DNA of 64,000 nucleotides from an uncultured Bacilli bacterium (GTDB lineage Bacteria; Bacillota_I; Bacilli_A; RFN20; CAG-826): NCBI GenBank assembly GCA_944358865.1, contig CALVRV010000002.1, positions 12,433 to 76,432 of the forward strand, read 5' to 3'. Shown piece by piece: positions 60,198 to 64,000 of this stretch (position 1 is its first letter; each line of letters starts with the position of its first letter). The notes under the pieces were generated by a model. It saw only the letters and a program-made list of their open reading frames with translations, ran no database searches and was not told where the DNA came from. The position numbers and the translations under genes were made by a program.

Positions 60198-60841
60198 TTC
60201 TCCTCAGCCTTTGATATTGTATCATTTTTTATAAGACTTGTCTTATAAATTTTTTCAATATGAAATAGTTGTAAATAACGATAGATACTAACAATAAGGA
60301 AAAACCATATAATTACATGTAAAGCAATCATAATCCAAATGTATTCTAATGGCTCTCCAACTAAATAATTGATAATGATAAAGATAGTGTCAATAAAATA
60401 AAAAATCAATTGTCCATAAAATGCAATTTTATTTCCTTGACTGGCATATATAGAACAAAAAATAGCTAAACCACTAAAAATTAAGACAACTATCATAATT
60501 AAAATAATAAATCCCCAAAATGGTAAAGTTGGGTTTTCAAATCGATTGTATGTTAATATTTCAAACATTCTAAATATAAAAGAATTAGAAGAAAAGCATA
60601 AATAATATTGATAAGTAGTTAATCCTAAGGTGTTCGCTAATAAACTATTTGTTAAAAAATAGGTCGGAGTAGTTTGTGACATGGCGTTTTGAATAAGGCC
60701 AAACATCAAACCAAATATATTAAAAACCCCACCCCAGATCATTATTTTAGAACTTTTTTTAAATGATCTTAAAGCGCGATTGTGGGCTTGGGCGTAGGTT
60801 AGTGTTTTTTTATTAGTTTTTTTATTTTTATTTTTAAACAT
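60194..60841 (-). CDS. Hypothetical polytopic membrane protein
   Basis: 215 aa with a basic N-terminus and 4-5 hydrophobic helices. 4-nt overlap with nusB, and 5 nt downstream of the asp23-like gene. Confidence 0.5.
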   Translation of the reverse strand: MFKNKNKKTNKKTLTYAQAHNRALRSFKKSSKIMIWGGVFNIFGLMFGLIQNAMSQTTPTYFLTNSLLANTLGLTTYQYYLCFSSNSFIFRMFEILTYNRFENPTLPFWGFIILIMIVVLIFSGLAIFCSIYASQGNKIAFYGQLIFYFIDTIFIIINYLVGEPLEYIWIMIALHVIIWFFLIVSIYRYLQLFHIEKIYKTSLIKNDTISKAEEK

Positions 60842-60846
60842 CCTTT

Positions 60847-61188
60847 TTATTTAGCTTTTTCTACTTTAATTTTAATATCGATTGGAACTTGCTCAGTTGT
60901 CTCATTTAAAGCAAGATGAATTTCTTTTTCTAAACGAGTTGTTACTTCTTTTTCATTAGTTTTAGCATCTATTTCAATCGCAACCCAAACGTTAACAACA
61001 CCATTTTTAATATTAATTTTTATAGGCCTATTAAGACGAAAACGTTGATCTTTTTTTAATTGTCTAGAACTTTTAGTAATTCCTGGAACGTTCATAATCG
61101 CGTCATTGACTAATTTTTCAAACGCTAAATATGAGATACCAATTTTTCCTTTTTTTGTTAGATTATCAACGATAACATACTCTGCCAT
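60847..61188 (-). CDS. Asp23/Gls24-family envelope stress protein (YqhY-like)
   Basis: 113 aa. IGISYLAFEKLVNDAIMNVPGI is a typical Asp23 N-terminal pattern. Position upstream of nusB matches Bacillus yqhY. Confidence 0.75.
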   Translation of the reverse strand: MAEYVIVDNLTKKGKIGISYLAFEKLVNDAIMNVPGITKSSRQLKKDQRFRLNRPIKINIKNGVVNVWVAIEIDAKTNEKEVTTRLEKEIHLALNETTEQVPIDIKIKVEKAK

Positions 61189-61230
61189 AAAAAACTCCTT
61201 GTGTACGTAGATATTATATTTAATATTGGG

Positions 61231-63201
61231 TTATTTGTTCAATAGTTTTAATATTTTGTTAACGATATCTTCTTTTGTAAATTTGAAATATTTAATGGCA
61301 TCATTAGCGGGTGCGCTTGTTCCAAAAGAATCAATTCCAATATTGTGTTTTGCATATTTTGCCCAACCAAATGTAGTTAGCATTTCAATTGAGAAACGTT
61401 TTTCATATGGAAGAGATAATATTTCATCTTGATATTGTTTATCTTGATCTTCAAATAATTCAAAGCAAGGCATAGAAACAACTTTTGCTTTAATGTTATG
61501 TTCTAATAAACTATTAGCGACATCAAGGGCTAAAGATACTTCACTACCAGTAGCGATAAGTTCAATATCATTTTCTTTATTATCTAAGATGGTATAAGCA
61601 CCTTTTTTAACACCATCAAGACATGTTTTCTCTAAATTTAATAGATTTTGTCTAGATAAAATTATTGCTGTTGGTCTATTTAAAGATTTTAAAGCAAGAT
61701 ACCAAGCAGCATATGTTTCTTTTTCATCACATGGTCGGACGACATTTAAATTAGGAATGCTTCTTAACATCGCTAATTGTTCGATTGGTTGATGTGTTGG
61801 TCCATCTTCTCCAACTGCAATTGAATCATGTGAAAATAAATAAATTACAGGTAAATGAGATAGAGCCGCCATACGAATTGCGCTTTTCATATAATCAGCA
61901 AAAACTAAGAAACATCCAACATAAACTCTTAATCCGTGATGAAGCATTATTCCATTTGCAGCAGAAGCCATTAAAAATTCTCTAATCCCCCAATTTATGT
62001 TGTGTCCATGACGATTAGATGGAGTAAAGTCAGTACCACCATTTATTTTTGTAATTACACTACCAGCGACATCTGCGCTTCCTCCAATTAAATTAGGAAT
62101 AGAAAGAATATAATCGTTTAAAGCTTTTCCAGAAGCATTACGTGTTGAAATTTGACTACCTACTTCTACATCAGGCATTGCATCACTTAAATAAGCACTG
62201 ACATCATTATTGATAAGATTTTCAAATCTAAGTGCTTCTTTTTTATGATTTTTGGCATAATTTTTAAAATCGTTTTGCCATGATTCATAGGCAATTTTAC
62301 CACGTTTAATGAAGGTATTTTTAAAATTATCATAAACTTCTGAAGGAATAAAGAAATCTTCATAATCATAGTGATAAACATCTTTTTTAGCGTGAGCGCC
62401 ATCTTCTTGACCTAATGGAGATCCATGAACTTTACTTGTTCCTTGTTTTGTTGAACCAAAGCCAATAATTGTTTTAACAATAATAAGTGTAGGTTTTTCT
62501 TTACTTTTCTTAGCTTTTGAAATGGCTTCATCAATTTGTTTTAAATCATTACCATCACTTACTTCTAAAACATTCCATTCACTTGCTAAAAATCTTGTTT
62601 TTACATCTTCACTAAAAGACATATCTAAAGAGCCATCTAAAGTGACGTTATTGGAATCATAAAATAAAATCAATTTATTAAGTTTTTGATGTCCAGCGTA
62701 TGAAATTGCTTCTTGAGATAATCCTTCTTGTAAACAACCATCTCCACATAAACAATATGTGTAATGATTAATTATCTTATCGCCATCTTCATATTGACCT
62801 TGTAATGCTTGCTCAGCCATAGCAACACCAACCGCTTGAGCAATACCTTGACCTAATGGACCACTTGTTGCATCAACACCTAGAGTGTGTCCATATTCAG
62901 GATGGCCAGGAGTTAATGAATTTAATTGACGAAATTGTTTTAAATCATCAATTGTTAAACCATAACCACATAAATGTAACATCGTATATAATAGAGCACT
63001 AGCGTGACCAGCGCTTAAAATGAAACGATCACGATTAATCCAATTTGGATTTTCACTATCGCTTACAAGATGGTTTTTAAATAAAGTGTAAAGTATAGGT
63101 GCGCTTCCTAAAGCCATACCTGGATGACCAGATTTAGCTTTGTTAATTACATCGATACATGTCGAGCGAATTGCCGCTACAGATAATTCATCAATTGTCA
63201 T
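61231..63201 (-). CDS. tkt: Transketolase
   Basis: SGHPGMALG, the GDGCLQEG ThDP motif, and 656 aa length. Confidence 0.95.
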   Translation of the reverse strand: MTIDELSVAAIRSTCIDVINKAKSGHPGMALGSAPILYTLFKNHLVSDSENPNWINRDRFILSAGHASALLYTMLHLCGYGLTIDDLKQFRQLNSLTPGHPEYGHTLGVDATSGPLGQGIAQAVGVAMAEQALQGQYEDGDKIINHYTYCLCGDGCLQEGLSQEAISYAGHQKLNKLILFYDSNNVTLDGSLDMSFSEDVKTRFLASEWNVLEVSDGNDLKQIDEAISKAKKSKEKPTLIIVKTIIGFGSTKQGTSKVHGSPLGQEDGAHAKKDVYHYDYEDFFIPSEVYDNFKNTFIKRGKIAYESWQNDFKNYAKNHKKEALRFENLINNDVSAYLSDAMPDVEVGSQISTRNASGKALNDYILSIPNLIGGSADVAGSVITKINGGTDFTPSNRHGHNINWGIREFLMASAANGIMLHHGLRVYVGCFLVFADYMKSAIRMAALSHLPVIYLFSHDSIAVGEDGPTHQPIEQLAMLRSIPNLNVVRPCDEKETYAAWYLALKSLNRPTAIILSRQNLLNLEKTCLDGVKKGAYTILDNKENDIELIATGSEVSLALDVANSLLEHNIKAKVVSMPCFELFEDQDKQYQDEILSLPYEKRFSIEMLTTFGWAKYAKHNIGIDSFGTSAPANDAIKYFKFTKEDIVNKILKLLNK

Positions 63202-63237
63202 GATTTTAATCTCCTTTAGTAATTATTTAGTATATTT

Positions 63238-64000
63238 TTAGTTATCTTTAATTATTATTCCTAATTCATCTAATTGGCTTTGATCAACTTTGTTAGGTGC
63301 CATTGAAACAGGATCAACTGCGCTAAGATTTTTAGGAAAAGCAATCACATCTCTAATATTATCAGTGCCGCCTAAAATCATTGCTAATCGATCTAAACCA
63401 AAAGCTATTCCACCATGAGGTGGTGTTCCATATTTTAATGCTTCAATAAAATATCCAAATTTGTTTTTGATTTCTTCATCGCTTAGACCTAATATTTCAA
63501 AAATTTCTTTTTGAATATTTTGATCATAAATACGAAGTGTACCACCACCAGCTTCATAGCCGTTTATAACAATATCATAAGCATAACTTAACGCTGATAA
63601 TGGATCGCTCTTTAATGTTTTTAAACATTCATCCTTTGGACGTGTAAATGGATGATGTGTTGCAACAATTTTATTATCTTCAACATTTAATTCAAACATT
63701 GGAAAATCTACTACCCATAATAAGTCATATGTATTTGGTTTGATTAGGCCTAATTTTTTTGCATATTGGTTTCTTAAATTTCCAAGTAAAGAACAAACTC
63801 TATTATATGGTCCATGACTTATAATTAAAATATCATTTTCTTTTAATGATGATTTATTAATTAATTGTTTGATTGTATTTTCATCTAAATATTTAATTAA
63901 TGAACCGTGTAATTGATTTTGTTCATATTTTAAAACATTAACAAAGTCTAAAGAGAATTTTTTTGCTTCTAGATTTAATGCATCAATTATTTTTCTTGTT
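63238..64000 (-). CDS. aspS: Aspartate--tRNA ligase, C-terminal part (5' end outside window)
   Basis: Class II motif 3 region GGIAFGLDRL and HHPFT. I checked codon by codon that the frame stays open from 63700 to the window edge (…LWVVDFPMFE…). Confidence 0.9.
   Translation of the reverse strand, partial: TRKIIDALNLEAKKFSLDFVNVLKYEQNQLHGSLIKYLDENTIKQLINKSSLKENDILIISHGPYNRVCSLLGNLRNQYAKKLGLIKPNTYDLLWVVDFPMFELNVEDNKIVATHHPFTRPKDECLKTLKSDPLSALSYAYDIVINGYEAGGGTLRIYDQNIQKEIFEILGLSDEEIKNKFGYFIEALKYGTPPHGGIAFGLDRLAMILGGTDNIRDVIAFPKNLSAVDPVSMAPNKVDQSQLDELGIIIKDN

Overview
AT-rich chromosome segment of low-GC Firmicutes/Tenericutes type. It uses the standard genetic code: TGA ends rex, hemW and nadD-yqeK, and Trp is TGG. 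The window is almost fully coding, with 58 protein genes called. I recognised no rRNA, tRNA, CRISPR array, IS element or prophage. The backbone follows the order I recall for the Bacillus yqe/yqf housekeeping region: comEC-holA-rpsT, lepA-hemW-hrcA-grpE-dnaK-dnaJ, ybeY-cdd-era-recO-glyQS-dnaG-sigA-trmK-nif3-ispH-cshB-nfo-ispG, yneF-plsY-parE-parC, yqeG-yqeH-yhbY-nadD-yqeK, xerD-deoB, and asp23-nusB-xseA-xseB-dxs. The interesting parts are the breaks in that backbone. (1) An ~8.7 kb gap-free array lies between comEC and holA: rex, adhE, an APH-fold kinase, a 2Fe-2S ferredoxin, a PAS-containing sensory [FeFe] hydrogenase (HydS type), a PP2C phosphatase and a catalytic [FeFe] hydrogenase. A dense set of TATC(A/G)A dyads sits upstream of it. 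(2) A glutamine-dependent NAD+ synthetase carries an N-terminal Phd/YefM antitoxin-like domain. (3) A Fic-fold protein with a degenerate active-site motif and a small membrane protein sit between lepA and hemW. (4) An orphan C39 peptidase with a 6-TM domain but no ABC ATPase domain sits between dnaJ and ybeY. (5) A PD-(D/E)xK nuclease is fused to an XPD/DinG-type Fe-S helicase. (6) ybeY-cdd and nadD-yqeK are each in-frame fusions. All functional calls come from motif recognition by eye and remembered synteny. No database search was run.
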